Positions 17,401 to 32,200 of a stretch of 64,000 nt of DNA are shown here, piece after piece. Source of the stretch: Lingula anatina (taxonomy: Eukaryota > Animalia > Brachiopoda); contig CM120646.1 in the NCBI GenBank assembly GCA_051362555.1, positions 11,346,001-11,410,000 on the forward strand. The letters are read 5' to 3'. Made by a program: the position numbers and the translations under genes. The notes under the pieces were generated by a model that was given only the letters and a program-made list of their open reading frames with translations, was not told where the DNA came from and made no database searches. The number at the start of each line of letters is the position of its first letter. The first letter of the stretch is position 1.

Positions 17401-20297
17401 GACTGATTAGTGAAATATTAAATGGTTCACCCCCCGTAGTTCCTCGTCTTCTGGGTCCTGATCCAGTGATCTTCTCCTTTTCTTTCTTGCCTGGTAGTAC
17501 TAAACATTCAAATATAGTGTTATTTTCGGGTTAAGAGGGTTTAGAGGGTGGTAAGGGGGGTACTGACCCCCTGTCGGTTTCTAAAAATATATTCAACCAA
17601 TATATCTTAAAATTATAATTTTGACTTACTAGTTCTAAACCGTATGAAATGGCACCGAGGCTTAACGTGCGCTTCTTTCGAGTTATTCACGTAACAGTAT
17701 GTAGTATGGGATATGTAGGCAACATGCGTAAAGTATTCGAGAATTCCTTAACATCAGACATGCCAAAAACACTTATACTTACATCAATTCTTCGGCTGTT
17801 TGTCCGAGCGTTTAACCTTGACAAATGCAATGCTTAATAAAACAAATAATATGTATGGCTATACGTGTGGACTACAGTGGATCAACTTTTAGGACTCATT
17901 TAAAATGGATGTTGATTAAATGTGACACTTAATCTAGTCTCCTGTAATTTCGTGGTGTGAAGTATGGGTGCATATGATTTAAAATTAAATTGATTGTAAA
18001 CATATACTAGTTTGAGTTTATTCAATCAATTATTGAAAAATTATAATAACAATTTCCCAATTTGGATTTTTTAAAAAATTATCTTTCTGCCTTTTTACAC
18101 AGCTTATTAAAATGGCCCATATATTGGTTCAAAATGTGTTATATATCTGATATAAATACATTGTACGATTAGGTTAAAATGAGCCGATGAGAGGAGAGAT
18201 AAATTTGATCAGAGAAAAATAAGAAGAATGTCTATACCTCTAGAGGCCTTTTTTCTTCGGTTGTATACGATGATAAAAGTGATAAGAGGTCCAAGCAAAA
18301 GAGCGATAGCAAACAGCAATATGGACCAAAAATGAAAATATTCAGAGTTCACTTGGCTCCCTGGAACAATTCTGATCCATTTGGTTGGTTTTGGAATATC
18401 CGTCGAATTAACTGTATGAAAATAAAAAGCCCGATAAAGTAAAAGCCATTTTGTTTTTACCAGACACGTATCTTACTAACAATTTGGTGAGTTGACAAAA
18501 GCATGACCTTTATATACAATAACAACATTTTTACTTCTATACTAGCATATGACAATGCGGAAAACCTCGACTAGGTAGTTTGCCCATTTCTGGATATTAA
18601 AATTGTTCAGTTTAAAACGCATGAAGTAGCGAATCTCAACTTACTTGATTCATCACTGTGGGTAGAAAGAAATACTTCACTTCGGATTTCTGATGATCCA
18701 CATTGATAGTGTCTTTTATTTGAAAACTTTGTCACATTAATCTTGGCGGTAAAACTTTGGCATAGACTTGAGTTTAAGATGTTGCATTTGATGTCTTTGG
18801 CAAGGGTGACGTGGAACTGTTTCCCATCCCTGTACCACAATGTGTCGTGGGCGGGATGTTCCCCGGGGTACAAGTAGCTTGTGACACACTCTAAGGTTAT
18901 ATAGGTTGAAGTGGCGGCCTTCTGAGAAATGTGGACTGAGGTAGGAGGAACTGGAAAACGTAACTTATAAAATTTGGTGCATTGATTAAAAGGAAAACAA
19001 ACCTTGAACAAAAAGGAACGTGTATACATGTTTTTCATCAGAACTTATTACTGAATTAGGTCTTGGCTAAGCCTGCTACAAATGGTTTATATATCTGATT
19101 CATTCGTAACGAATATTGATTCATTTATACAATATAAATAAAATACTGACAGTATCGTCTGCACTTATAAACATATATGTTGTCAAACGTGTGTACACAA
19201 ATATTATTTGGGTTGTGTTACATTCTGTCTATAAACCTTCCAAAATAAACTATAAAAGTCACTTTCGTTTGTCAAATACAATCGTAATTGATGTCATTTA
19301 CCTATTACTCGAACAGTCTGATATTCATCTGACGTGCTAAAACTGCCTTGGTCAATGAACATAACAGAACATGTGTAGTTGCCTCCGTCCCAGTAGCTGG
19401 CATTAGATATTCGTATCAGACAGTTAATGGTGATTAGATACATGTATGGCACAGTCTTAGTACATGTCTCTGAAATGTTTCTTCCGATAAAAACACTCAT
19501 AGGTTTAGTTATATTCACTACAGTTGACCGTAACATGTAGATGGGCCACACATCTCTACCGTTCAGCGGGTTAATTTTCTTCCAGATGACAGTAAACCCA
19601 GGGAAAGGCGACGTAGAGAAATTGCACCAAATTGAAAACGAATCGCCTTCGTCTATTGTTTGCAAAGATGGTACATTTTCTGACACTAATTCTGAAATGA
19701 AATGATGTGATGAAATGACAGTTTATGGTGATTAGACGATATGCTTCTACCCCCCCCCCCCCAACCCGACATGACCTCCCTTACCAACCGACGTACGTAC
19801 AATCACGCAACTACTCTCACGCACATATACTCGTAAACTCACAAAAACGCCCATACAGTACTTTATGTCATAAAATTCTCACCCACATATAATATTTACA
19901 TGTGGAATATATAAATACCAAAGAAACTTCAAGTAAAATAATTAATTACCTGCTGTGTCACTTTGGATTGAAAGATTAAGAAACGAGTTAACATAAGTAA
20001 TAGCTGTACCTCAGCAGTACTGCATAACTATTAATTACAGAAATCCAATTTTTGTGTATCAGATTTTGCTACAGCATATTCCTTTCGATGTGGGGTCTAA
20101 CAAGAGCACAGGAATGAGATTGGTGAATCCAATGCAAAAAAGTGTTCACTCAAAAAGGTGCAGCACACTAAAAACATTATAGCATTTATCATATATATAC
20201 GTATCGATATATACCTACCTTTCATAATTCCACAGGCAGGGGCTATCAATATGATACCCCCTAAAATTAATATGGTAGTTCTCATGTGGGACGCCAT
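14426..20297 (-). CDS. Gene B: chimeric two-Ig receptor with a tyrosine kinase domain lacking the beta-3 lysine (probable pseudokinase)
   Basis: Exons: 20219-20297 leader; 19302-19691 V-Ig; 18645-18950 Ig2; 18238-18411 TM; 17783-17832; 17431-17490; 16949-17150 ([12 protein letters not shown]); 16578-16688; 16195-16373; 15672-15794 ([11 protein letters not shown]); 15273-15384 (PLRWMALE); 14968-15064; 14426-14603. All phases compatible; open to ...IPGEKY*. Confidence 0.85.
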
Positions 20298-22795
20298 CTT
20301 AGCCTGTCGCACATTTAATTTTGTATTACTATTTTTGCAATGATGAACATATTTTGGGCGTCATGTTATTCGTTGTGAATTAGCACACGCCATCCATGTG
20401 CTATTTATAAATTACGTGTCATAGAAGTTATCGTTGACTAATACTTTCACTTTAATATGTTAGACTGTTTGGTCGGCTTTGGTGAATAAAGCTTTCAAAT
20501 ATTATTGTCACATCTGGCTCCAGTGCAGTTTTCTTTTTAGAGGTCCGTCATTTATATATGAATATACCTGTACACTGTATGCATATGAATGGCACTGATG
20601 AATATTTTGTTTTGAATGAATGATGTCCGGCTTCAATCGTCAGTAAATTGAGAAAGTGCTATCTCGGGGAAATGTGTTCTATGGCGAACTTACAAACCGA
20701 ATTCTTATACGTCTGTTTTATATTCAAAAGAAAATTTAGTTGAAAGAAAGTTCAATAGCCATCAAAATGACTCATCCTTAAGACAATGTTTTTTTCAATC
20801 TTACTGTTTTTACAGTGAGTCATTACTGAAATTGAAAGTAAAAATAAAATAAAATAAAATAAAATAAAATAAAATGAAGGCCTTTCTACGAAAAAAAGCT
20901 AGGTCTCTTTTCTTTTAAGAAACCTCTGCAGGTGCTTCGTGGACTTCTTTCAACATAGCTGCATACATATGTGCATTTTGTTGCTGTATGATCTGCTATC
21001 TTCAAATGATGAGCAATTTCTCTCCCCTACCCCCACTTTCTGACTGTAAGGTTCACACTTAATTAGTAACCTTATTTTCTAAAATAAAACAGTTGAGGCT
21101 CCAAATTTTGTTCATAAGTATGGGACTATACCATGTTTACAAATCATTCACCAAATACCAATTTTGTTCTCAATTTTTAAACGATTTTGGTTTTAATTTA
21201 CGAAAAAATCCATAAAATATCCCATTATCAATGACCATTGAGTTGTTGTCATGCATTAATGATATATGAAATTGATTGTCCCTTCTCTTACCCCCTTCAG
21301 GATATATAATGCACTGGTAACTTTAACCATATTAACGAAGTAAGCATTACCCCTATAAGGATATATAATGCACTGGTAACTTTAACCATATTAACGAAGT
21401 AAGCATTTTCTCTTCCCATCCCAACTTTCAAGAGGGCATATTCTGAGCGTTAGGTTTACACTTTTTTATTTAATTTTCTAAAATTAGACAGGTGAGGTTC
21501 CAAATATCTTTCATAAGCATAAAATTATACCTTGTTTACAAATCATTCACCAAATACCATTTAAACAATAATTAAAAAAAAACCGTTTTGGTTTTAATTT
21601 ATGAAAAATCCCCATAAATGACCTTTCAACCCATTATCAATGACGCTTGACTAATTGTCATACATTCGTGACTTTTGAAATTTATTGCCCCATTCCCTGT
21701 TTTCATAAGGATGTACAATTAATTGATGTACCTGTTATCATACAGATATAGTAAGCGTTTTCTCTCCCCTCCCCCCATGTGAAAAAGTCCTTGCTGCTGC
21801 AGGAGTGGGATTATATAAGGTGTGACAGCACACAAAAAGCTACCAGTATGAGGTTTTTTGGACACTAGAGCTATAGGACCTACTAAAAATCACTATGAGA
21901 ATTCGTCCCTTTTTTCGCACGATGACCGAAAATCAGGCGTCTAGCTCATGGGCTAATAGAAAATAAATTGTAGCTTCAAATGACATTTTGACCACTGAGT
22001 TGTTAGTGACAGTTGAATTTGAACAGATCAGAATGGGGAATTGAACAGGTAAATTAAAGTAAATTGGCTGTCTGAAAGTTGTTTTTACGTACCAATAACG
22101 TTTGACCCGCACGTTTGCACTCGGCTTTTTGTTTACATTGTTATAGGTTTTTCTACAGAAGAATGTGCAGAGCTTTGACACATCAAAGGAGTGTTTTTTT
22201 TTCGATCGTTCCATGCTATTTTTGACATCACTTGCTAATAATGCCAATGTATCAGTTGAATCAGAAGGCTTAATTTGCATAAGTTATAGATATTTTATTA
22301 AAAAAATTACTTTACAAAAATACAAAAGGAAAATTTAAAGATAAAATATACAAATGGACAAATACAAAACAAAAAAATACAGCAACAATTGTGAACTATG
22401 ATACAGTGAGCGTCAAAGATCAAAATTCATAATAACAGAGACTTTGACAGGATCACAATAAATCAATTTGAATATTTATAGTCTGTGCAGTCAGACTTTG
22501 CAAATAATCAATGAATTTATGGAATTTTAGTCACGTACAATGTCCAGTTATATGTCTTTGCATTTGAATCAAATAAAAAAAATTACCTGTATACGATATC
22601 GTTAATAAAGACAATCAACAAAACTCAAAACTCAAAATGGCACTTATATCCAAAAAGAATTCCACTGAAATTGGAAGTCAGGTAAATTGCTCTCACCCGA
22701 TGATCACCGATTGTTGAACTGAAAAAATCATACAGTAGTAATTTTCCAGAAGTCATTTGCACTTTTCGATAAAATACCCAGTAACTAGTCCGCAA

Positions 22796-23370
22796 CTAGT
22801 ATTTTTCACCAGGAATACACCGTGTTAGGCCCTTGAAAAGCCTTTCATCTATATTGACCAAGTCCACATAGTTCTGGGCCTTAGAGATCAGATCTTCCAA
22901 CTGTTGGCACAACTCTTTGAACGAAGGGCGAAATGCCGGTGGCTCTCTCCAACAGCGGTACATGATGCGGTACCTGGTACAAAGTAAGATGAAGGGTAGT
23001 TTGGTACATTTTAATGTTTGTTAAAACAGACGATTGTGTGAAAAGAAAATAAGAATACACAGACCACAGAATTTAACGATGACAAATTAATTAGTTGAAT
23101 TGAAACTTGTACAAACCAGTATATACAGTACTGAGGTTAATTGAATATTACGGTCGAAAAAAAACGACTGAATTACGATCTACAAACCCGTTTTGAGTCA
23201 CTCCGTCTCTTGTCGCTGCTCCTTTCTCTCCATTAAGGTATTTATAGACACAGAGACAACACAAAAGTACAAAGTGTATGAAAGAGAGATAATTCTATTT
23301 CTTCTTTAAGAAATTTACAGACAGAGGTTCACTCTTGCGTTCAGCAAGAAGTACAAAGTGTACAGGGTAT

Positions 23371-23412
<42 letters not shown>

Positions 23413-26400
23413 TGGAGATGGGTACTTACACCTCATATGTGCAGTGTTTAGGTCTCATCATACGGTAACCATTCTCCAGTTGTTGTCGTAGTATCATACT
23501 GGATATGCCTGGGTAGGGAGTGCAGCCTGGGCAGGGAATTAGAATTTTTCTTATACGACAGTTACGTTCTACTCATGTGAATGCTTACATGTATTTTATC
23601 AATTTATTTTGAGGAGTGCTTGTTTGCAGTTCACCAATTACACTTTCTACTTCCTTATTATTGTTTTGAAAAAAAGAGTTAATAGCAAAGTGCATGTCTT
23701 CACGTTCATTCTAAAAACATTTAAGGCTTACAAAAGAGGATATATATACCCAAAGTAACTATCTCCCACATAAGAATACCAAAAGACCACACATCGCTGT
23801 GGGTGGTGTACACGCTGTCCTTGATTGATTCGAGCGCCATCCAGCGGAGAGGTAGGAAACCCTAATAAAACCATAGGGATTGTTGATAATTGCTTTTGTG
23901 TTGATTTTCATGGATCATGTCAGTCTTGTTAAATCGAGTTCAAAGGGTTGGCAGACAGAGATATGGCAAGATAATGCAGTAAACGGAGGGACTCTCTTAA
24001 AGAACCTTTGCACAGGTACTTGTATTTCAAGATGAAAACGATATACTCCAGGTGGTTAGTCAGTTAATTAATTCTGATGCATTAGCCTGTGTATTTGCAA
24101 AACTAAGAATGTTATATAGCTATAATTGTGTAGTCCAGTGCAACGTACCTGTGACCGGCTCTCGTATTCTCGAATCAGGCTGACATCTCGCGCCAAACCG
24201 AAGTCTGATATTTTACAAGTGAAATGTTCGTCCACGAGCACATTGCGGGTTGCCAGGTCTCGGTGGAGGTACTATAAAAATAATACATGGTTAAAATAAA
24301 GAAAGATCAGAATGTCACGACTAAATTTCATCAATTAACCGCGAGCTTATGTGTATGGAAAGTTTTTTCTCAGTTTTAATTATGTCATTCAAATACATTA
24401 TTCTCATTCAGCAAGTATAGCCATTCAACAAGTGTTGTAAGTAGCTGCATTTTTGTGCTAAAAACGTTTTACTAGTCCCCGTGCAAAATTACCGGTAGAA
24501 CATTATATAAACTGTAACTTAATTTTAATGTGTGAGCTTGAGTAGAAATGCTACTTCCCAGAAGACAATTTACTCTACCAAATGCCAACCTGAAAAATGT
24601 TACCCAAAAATATAATTCTCAATTTTTACGAAAAGTGGTTATTTACCCCCAGTTCCGCTATATGTGTCATCCCACAAGCTACCTCATAGGCAAATGTAAG
24701 GAGCTGTTGTGCTGTAAACTTGCTACAGCCGTATGTGTTACTGTAGTAGGTGTTTCCCCGGCCATTCCGCAAAACACGCTGTAGGCTGCCCATTGTCTGG
24801 TACTCCATCACGATAAACAGAGGGTCTGGGAAAGATAAGAGAACGTTATTATTACAAAACCATAAAATACAGCTCTATAAAGCAGAACTTACAACTGAAA
24901 ACGTGTGCGTGTGTGTGCTGTTTATCCGTTTTTAACATTGCTCAGAGTAAAAACTACCACAAATGGCACTACACAGTATTGGAGGTTAGTTTTTTTAATC
25001 AAATACCATAGAGAATTATCAGGTATACCTTCTTTGGAGGATGTAGCTATTAAAGGAACAATATTTTTGTGCGCCGGTACATTTTTCAGTGTCTCCATTT
25101 CTGTTTTGAAATCTTCTTTTTCTTTGTACATTGTATTTCCTAAAAAGACAATGAAAAACCACATAAGAAATCGGTGCATTAAATTTATGTATGTATATCT
25201 CACATAAGATTTAAAAATAATTGACATGATGCATGCTTATCAAATACATGAACATTTATACTAGTCTGCCAGACACTACATTTCATATCAGCTTTTAGTT
25301 GCAGTACGGTGTGTTTTTAGGTTTTTAAAACATGGAAAGTCAAGGCAGATTAAAGACTGAAAAAAACAAAACGGTATCTTCTACACCAAAGCGTCCCATC
25401 TACCTTTCAAAATTTTAACGGCCACAGTTTTCACTTTTTCCTCGACCTCCATGTAGCCTTTCCATACCTCTCCGAACTGACCCTCGCCCAGTTTGCAGGA
25501 ACGATCGAACTGGAGCGCCTGAATTGAAATTTCCCCAGCGACTGTCTCCGACGAGGTGTTTGCAGTGCCTGCATGGTTGCTGGCGTCATGTGCCGGAGGT
25601 TCCAGCTGGGGCAAAAATACATAACCAGAATTACAAAAACAGTTGACTTTCATTTAGATACAGTGTATGGCCATTTTAAGGATCTAAATTACCAGTAGGT
25701 AGTTGGCAGATTATAGATAAATGACAATTTACTGTACACAGGGAAATAATAGTTTATTCAAAGTTCAGCGGTTTTAACTAAATGGAACATGACTAAATAC
25801 ACATACTAGTCCGTTGAAACATTACACCTGTAACATGCGCGACTTAATTATGGTCTGTAAATGACTGATTAGTAGAATATTAAATGGTTCACCCTCCGTA
25901 GTTCCTCGTCTTCTGGGTCCTGATCCAGTGATCTTCTACTTCTCTTTCTTGCCTGATAGTACTAAACATTTAAATATAGTGTAATTTTTCGATTAATAAG
26001 GGATCCAACTGCTATATACACAGTACACTAATTTCGTCTATTACACTTTCCATTTAAAACAGTCGTGACAAACATAACTTCATCTTCCAATATGAATTTT
26101 GTATAATTATGTTCAAAAAGCCAAGCCAATGTACAGTACTTGCTAGTAAATATAATTAATTTTCATTTCTTTTCACGTGCGATTGCAGCCATATCACAAT
26201 AAAATTATATATATACCATGTAGAAAAAGTCTTGTGGAGTACTAGCTGTTACAGATTTTGGTGTACATTCAAGCACTTAAAATATAATTATATCTTCCTA
26301 GACCAACCAGTTTAAACTTAAAAAATCTAACCAAATTAATCTTTAAAAATCTATCGAAAAAAGCTGAAAGAAGAGAAAGTTTAGCTTGGACGTTTCCAAA

Positions 26401-28467
26401 GTCAGCGGACAAAAAGGTCAAAGTTGTCCGGTCAATGTGTTTTCAACTTTGCAGTGTCTGGCGTAAAAATAAAGAGAAGTTGTATAATGTGTACTGTTGG
26501 GATATAATTATGCTCACCCTATATACATAATACACAGCAGTGGTGATAACAATTGAGATGATCGCGCCTGCTGCACTCGCCAGGACATAATTCGCCCCTG
26601 AAACAGACACAGTTGTAAAAAATATACAATACAATAATATGTGCTTCGGTAATATAACATCTGGAGGGCGACCTCTCTTTTATCCTCTCTAATCCTTCCT
26701 TTAATTTCAATGAAAACGTTTGAAATGTGTATGCCATTTTCAGAACCTTTCCAATGACAGCTTACATGTGGAGTTCATAATAATTATGGCAAATTTGAAG
26801 ATAACATACATTAACACACACAATTAGCCATAAACACATTTAGTATATTTTTGCGACTTATATTAACGTTTAAATGGTAATATTTTAATATTAATCGACT
26901 TGCCTACAGCAGTTGGTGCTTCATGTTCCATCCCAATGGTGCTCTCTGAAACTGTGAAGATATGCCAATGACAATACCGTCAAGACAAACAAAGGGCATT
27001 TCAATTTCTTGCTAAACTCTCTCTCTCTCTACTTTTTAATAATCACATCTTGAGCAGTTTATTTTGTTCAGTTGATAGTTCGCTGCTTAAACTGAATTGA
27101 TAATGGACAAATGCAGAATCACCCCGCAGTGCAGCCCTCTTTTTTTTCGGCACAAATAGATTTATGAGAAAAAATCCCCCTACCTGCCTTTTGTAGTGCC
27201 CTATCAGAAGCCAGCTGGGCGATGACGTCATTTCTGTGCTAATACACTCTCTTGGCAGAACAGATATGTTCACTGAATTAGCCAGAGTATTGTCAACTTA
27301 TACAAAGAGTAAAATATCTCAGTGATTGAGGGTACACATTAAAACAAATAATACACAGTATATTGGTGGCGCGTTTAGCCTCACCTGTTACTGTTAAAGA
27401 AAACCTCTGCAGACACGGATGAGACTCATCTATGAGATGGAACTGGCAGGTATAGTCAGCCTCGTCTTCAGGGGTCAAACTATAAATCGACAACAAGGTC
27501 CAGTTTCTTCCCACTGTGACGTTCAATCTGTCGGTAGAGACGCTCGACTTGGGCTCTATCGTTTGACCGGCGTTCTTGTAAAGGAAAGATGCCATTGTCT
27601 CCGATTTCTGAGAACCCTTGCGTTTGAACCAGTCAATTTCTTTAACCCTGTTCATGCTGTCTTTGTCCATGGAGCATTTTATCTGGGCTCGATCTCCGGG
27701 TGAAAATGCGGTTTTCTCAGGTGACTTTGAAATTTGGCAACCCTGGGCTGAGAAAACAATTGGAAAGCTTTAGAAAGGGACTTTGTATGAAAAACAAACG
27801 ATTGATATGAGTCACGCTATATAGTTTTCTAGTGTCTATGCATTGATCTGTTGACATACCTTCATACCTAAAAAAGAAGATCCATTCAATACGCAAAAAA
27901 TCATATTATTTAAACAATTGTGAGTTCCCTTTTACACTTTTAGTTAATTTTACATGTGGACCTCTACCTATTTCTTCAAGCCCGTTGCATCTTTGCAGAT
28001 GCAGGAAGTTTTCTACCCCTGCTCCGTAATTGCTTGTTGATCAATGCAGAGTTGAATAGCAAGAAGTTTGTGTAACATTCCCCTTGCCTTCGGTCCAGTT
28101 AAGAAAATATGGGTGTTTAAACAGTCTATAATGTATTTGTTAAGTTATGAACTCGATAATGTGATGATATATCAGCGAAACATTGCCTGAAAATTTTATT
28201 TGTTGAATTTTCTCAAGTAAAAATTATTCAAACTTTTAAGCAGAAGTAGACGGCAGACCGACATGAAGACAAAGGCGGCTTCATCAAATTCTGACACAAA
28301 GAGATAATATATGGCTTTATCGTACATATCGCTGGTTAAACTAAAGCTTACACTGCGCTAGTGTCTCCTCAAAACCTGAAATAATAAAATTCTGTTCCTC
28401 TACCTTGCACCAACAGGGTTATAGTGATCAACCACCTCTTCATAACACGGGTCGAATTATTCACCAT
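22796..28467 (-). CDS. Gene D: receptor tyrosine kinase with one V-type Ig domain and intact catalytic motifs
   Basis: Exons: 28404-28467 leader ([21 protein letters not shown]); 27385-27747 V-Ig (IKCS..IDWF..DEADYTC); 26904-26951 stalk (GC donor); 26518-26597 TM; 25893-25952; 25404-25605 (VAVK); 25029-25139; 24647-24825; 24149-24271 (HRD, DFG); 23750-23861; 23430-23526; 22796-22973. Confidence 0.88.
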
Positions 28468-29220
28468 GTAACAGATCTTCCAGGCTCTTTTCTCGTGGGA
28501 TATGAAAACTTGATGCTTTGAGCCAAAAAGTTGAGACTTAATTACAGTTCACGAAGCACCTGCAGGGGTTTTAAGAAAAGAAACCTCTTTTCGTAGACAG
28601 ACCTTTATTTTTTATTTTACTTTCAACTTCTGTAATGACTCATTGAAAAAAACAGAACGGTTGTGAGAACGTTGTTATAATTATGAGTCATTTTGTTGTC
28701 TATTGAACTTTCTTTCAACTAAATGTTTACAGATTTCTTTTGAAAATGAAACAGGTGTATAAGAGCTATAGAACTACATTGATAGAGCTATAGAACGCGT
28801 TGTCCCTCAAGCAGATCTTTCTCAATTAATCGACGATTTAAGTAGGAGATTATTCTTTTCAAAAGTCAATGCATTAAAATTTTCATCAATTACATTCATA
28901 TACACATATTCATATATGAATATTAGACCTTTGAAAAGAAAGCTCCACTAGATTCAGATGTAATAATAATATTTGAAAGATTTATTTGTCAAAGCCGATC
29001 AAAAAGCCTAACCTATTAAATTGAAAGTATGAGTCAACGAAAACTTGGGTATGTTATCCTTTCGTTTTGAAGTATGCGGTCACCTGCCGCTTCACAACAA
29101 TAGGTCTATAAATAGCATATGGATGGCGTAAGCAAATTCACAAACGGTGAAACGGCGCTCTAAATATATTCATCACTTTGCAAAAATTGTAAAACGAAGT
29201 TAAATGTGCGACAGGCTAAG
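28468..29220. promoter_or_regulatory. Divergent promoter region between D and C
   Basis: 753 bp between opposed ATGs; TATAAATA 29107-29114; AP-1 consensus TGA(C/G)TCA at 28636, 28684 and 29030; inverted homologue of the upstream regions of A and B. Confidence 0.6.
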
Positions 29221-32200
29221 ATGGAGTTCCACGGGAGAACTACCATGTTAATTCTAGGGGTAATCATGTTGATAGTCACTGCCTGTGGGATTACGAAAGG
29301 TAGGTATATATTGATTCGTATATATGATAAATTCAAATATCAATAATTAGTATGTTTTTAGTGTGCTACACCTCTTTGAGTGAACATTTTTTTTGGCATG
29401 GGTGATATTCACTACAGGCCCTTAGCCAGGGGGGGTTCGGGGGGTTCGAAAGAACCCCCCTTTTTGCTGGAAAAAGGTCCACTCTGGGTAAAATTTGACC
29501 TAGGTACATGGGGATTATATGGTAAAAGGTCCACTTTTTCAGAAAAATAACCCCCCTTTTCAAATTGCTGGCTACGGGCCTGCACTAATCTCATTCCTTT
29601 GCTCTTATTAGACCCCGCATGGAAGGGAATATGCTGTAGCATAATCTGATACAGAATAATTGGATTTTAGTCATTAAAAATAACGCGGTGTTGTTGATGT
29701 ACAGCTATTACTTATATTAAATAGTTTCTTAACCTATTATTCCAAAGAAACACAGCAGGTAATGGAGTTTCTTTCGTATTTATTTTTTCTTTATGTAATA
29801 TTGTAATTGGGCGAGAATGTTATAATATAAAGAAGGATTAACGAGCGTAAACGGGTGAGAGTATTCTTCTGTGTGAACATACGTTGGTTGGTTGGGGCAT
29901 GTCGGGTTTGGAGGGGGGTGCAGGTGTTTTAGAAGCATATCATCTATTCACCATAAACTGTCATTTCATCACATCATTTTTATTTCAGAATTACTGTCAG
30001 AAAATGTACCCTCTTTGCAAACGATAGACGAAGGCGATTCGTTTTCAATTTGGTGCAATTTCTCCATACAGCATGCCGCTGGGTTTAATGTCAACTGGAC
30101 GAAAGTTAACCCGCCGAACGGTACAGATATCCGACCCATCTTCACGTTACAGAGGACTGGAGTCAATATAAATAAAACTTTCATTGACAGAAACATTTCA
30201 GTCACGGTGACATTACTAAAGAATATGTCATATCGTTGTCGGATACAAATATCTAATGCCAGTTACTGGGACGGGGGCAACTACACATGTTCTATTAAAC
30301 CCACTGGCCATGGCAGTCTTACCACCTCAAATAAATATCAGACTGTTCGAGTGATAGGTAAATGACAAAAAATTACGATCAAATTTTGCTTTTATATAGT
30401 TTATTTTGTAACGTTTATAAACGTAGTAAATAATGCAATCCAAACAATATTTGTGTACAAACGTTTGACAATATATATATATATATATGAATAAAAATTC
30501 GTTACGAATGAATCAAATATATTAATCATTTGTAGCAGGCTTAGCCAAGACCAAAACCACGTTGTTAAAGGTTTGTTTTCCTTTTATTCAACGCACCAAA
30601 TTTTATAAATTACGTTTTCCAGTTCCTCCTTCCTCAGTCAACATTTCTAAGAAGGCCGTCACTTCAACCAATATTATCTTAGAGTGTGTCACAAGCTACT
30701 TGTACCCAGGGGAACATCCCGCCCACGACATACTGTGGTACAGGAATAGGGAACAGTTCCACGTCACCAGTGCCAAAGACCTTAAATGCAACAGTTTAAA
30801 CTCAAGTCTATGCCAAAACTTTTCGGCCAAGATTAATGTGACAAAGGTTCCAAGTAAAATATATCAGTGTGCTTCATCAGACATCCGAAGCAAAGTAATT
30901 CCTTCTAAGCAAAGTGTTAATTCAAGTAAGTTGAGATTCGCTACTTCATGCACTCTAATATATTTGATATCCAGATGTAAGCAACCTAGTCGAGGTTTTC
31001 CGTCTTGTCATATGCTAGTACACGAGTAAAGATGTTGTTATTGAACATAAAAGTCATGCCTTTGTTAACTCGCCAAATCGTAAATGAAAATACATGTAAA
31101 TCTGCCAAGAACAAAATGGCTTTCACTCTGTCGGTCTTTTCTTTTTATGCAGTTAATTCCAGAGGCATTCCAGAACCAACCAAGTTGATCAGAATAGTTC
31201 CAAAAAGCCAAGGAAACTCTGGGTATATTTTTTTTTGGTCCATACTGCTGTGCGTTGTTGCTCTTTTCCTGGGACTTTTTATCATTATAATGATCGTATA
31301 CAACCGAAGGAGAAAGGCCTCTAGAGGTACAGACATTCTTCTTATTTTTTTCTCTTATCTAATTTAAATCTCCTCTGATTTGTTTATTTTAACCTTATAG
31401 TATAATGCACACTTTTGCACGTCTTTTGACAAGATATGGGTCCGCTTATTAAGCAGAAAGACAGAACGATTGTAAAAAAGGTAGAAAGGAAAAATGGAAA
31501 AATTAAATTGAAGAAATTTATGTAACTGTTTAATAATTAATTTTATAACGAATTAAATGCCTTATTTTAAATCATATACACCCATGCTCACAAAAAGAAT
31601 TGACAAAGGACTAGCATACGCATAGGTGCATAAGTCAAATTTATTCACCATCCATTCTTAAAGGGATAACAACTGCTCATTTTAGCCACAAAATTAATTT
31701 TCCTGGAGTAAACGACAATTTCCCCATACTTACTAATGGTTAATGAATCTATTCCAACATTCAAAGTTATATTTTTTTCTAAAAAGTTTGGTTTTTATAA
31801 TATCCTCTCAACAGATTATTACAAAGAGTAAAAAATGAAAGTCGTAAAAATGATCCTCCACGTCTGGTGTTGGACAGATCACAGATCACAGATACATTTT
31901 ATTTGTTTATTTATAGCGGTACATACCTCAAGGCAAAACACTAGGACTAACCGCCGCCGAAGACGTGATGTAAGTATAAGTGTTTCTGGCATGTCTGATG
32001 TTAAGAAATTCTCGAATATTTTACGCATATCGCAGACATATGCTATACTACGTACTCTCACGTGAATAACTCGAAAGAAAAGCACATACCAATAGAACGC
32101 AAGCACACGTTAATCTGTGTCCGAAGCAGAAAACTGGTCTTCAATCTCATAATTGTATGGCTCTTTTGGGCTTGAACTTTCGGTTTTTTTCAGCACGCTT

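Noticed and set aside
19945-19966. Conserved CAG|GTAAT micro-exon candidate in intron 1 of B and C (29747-29763)
   Set aside because: The obvious 11-nt version breaks the frame and the segment is deleted in A; unsupported without RNA data.
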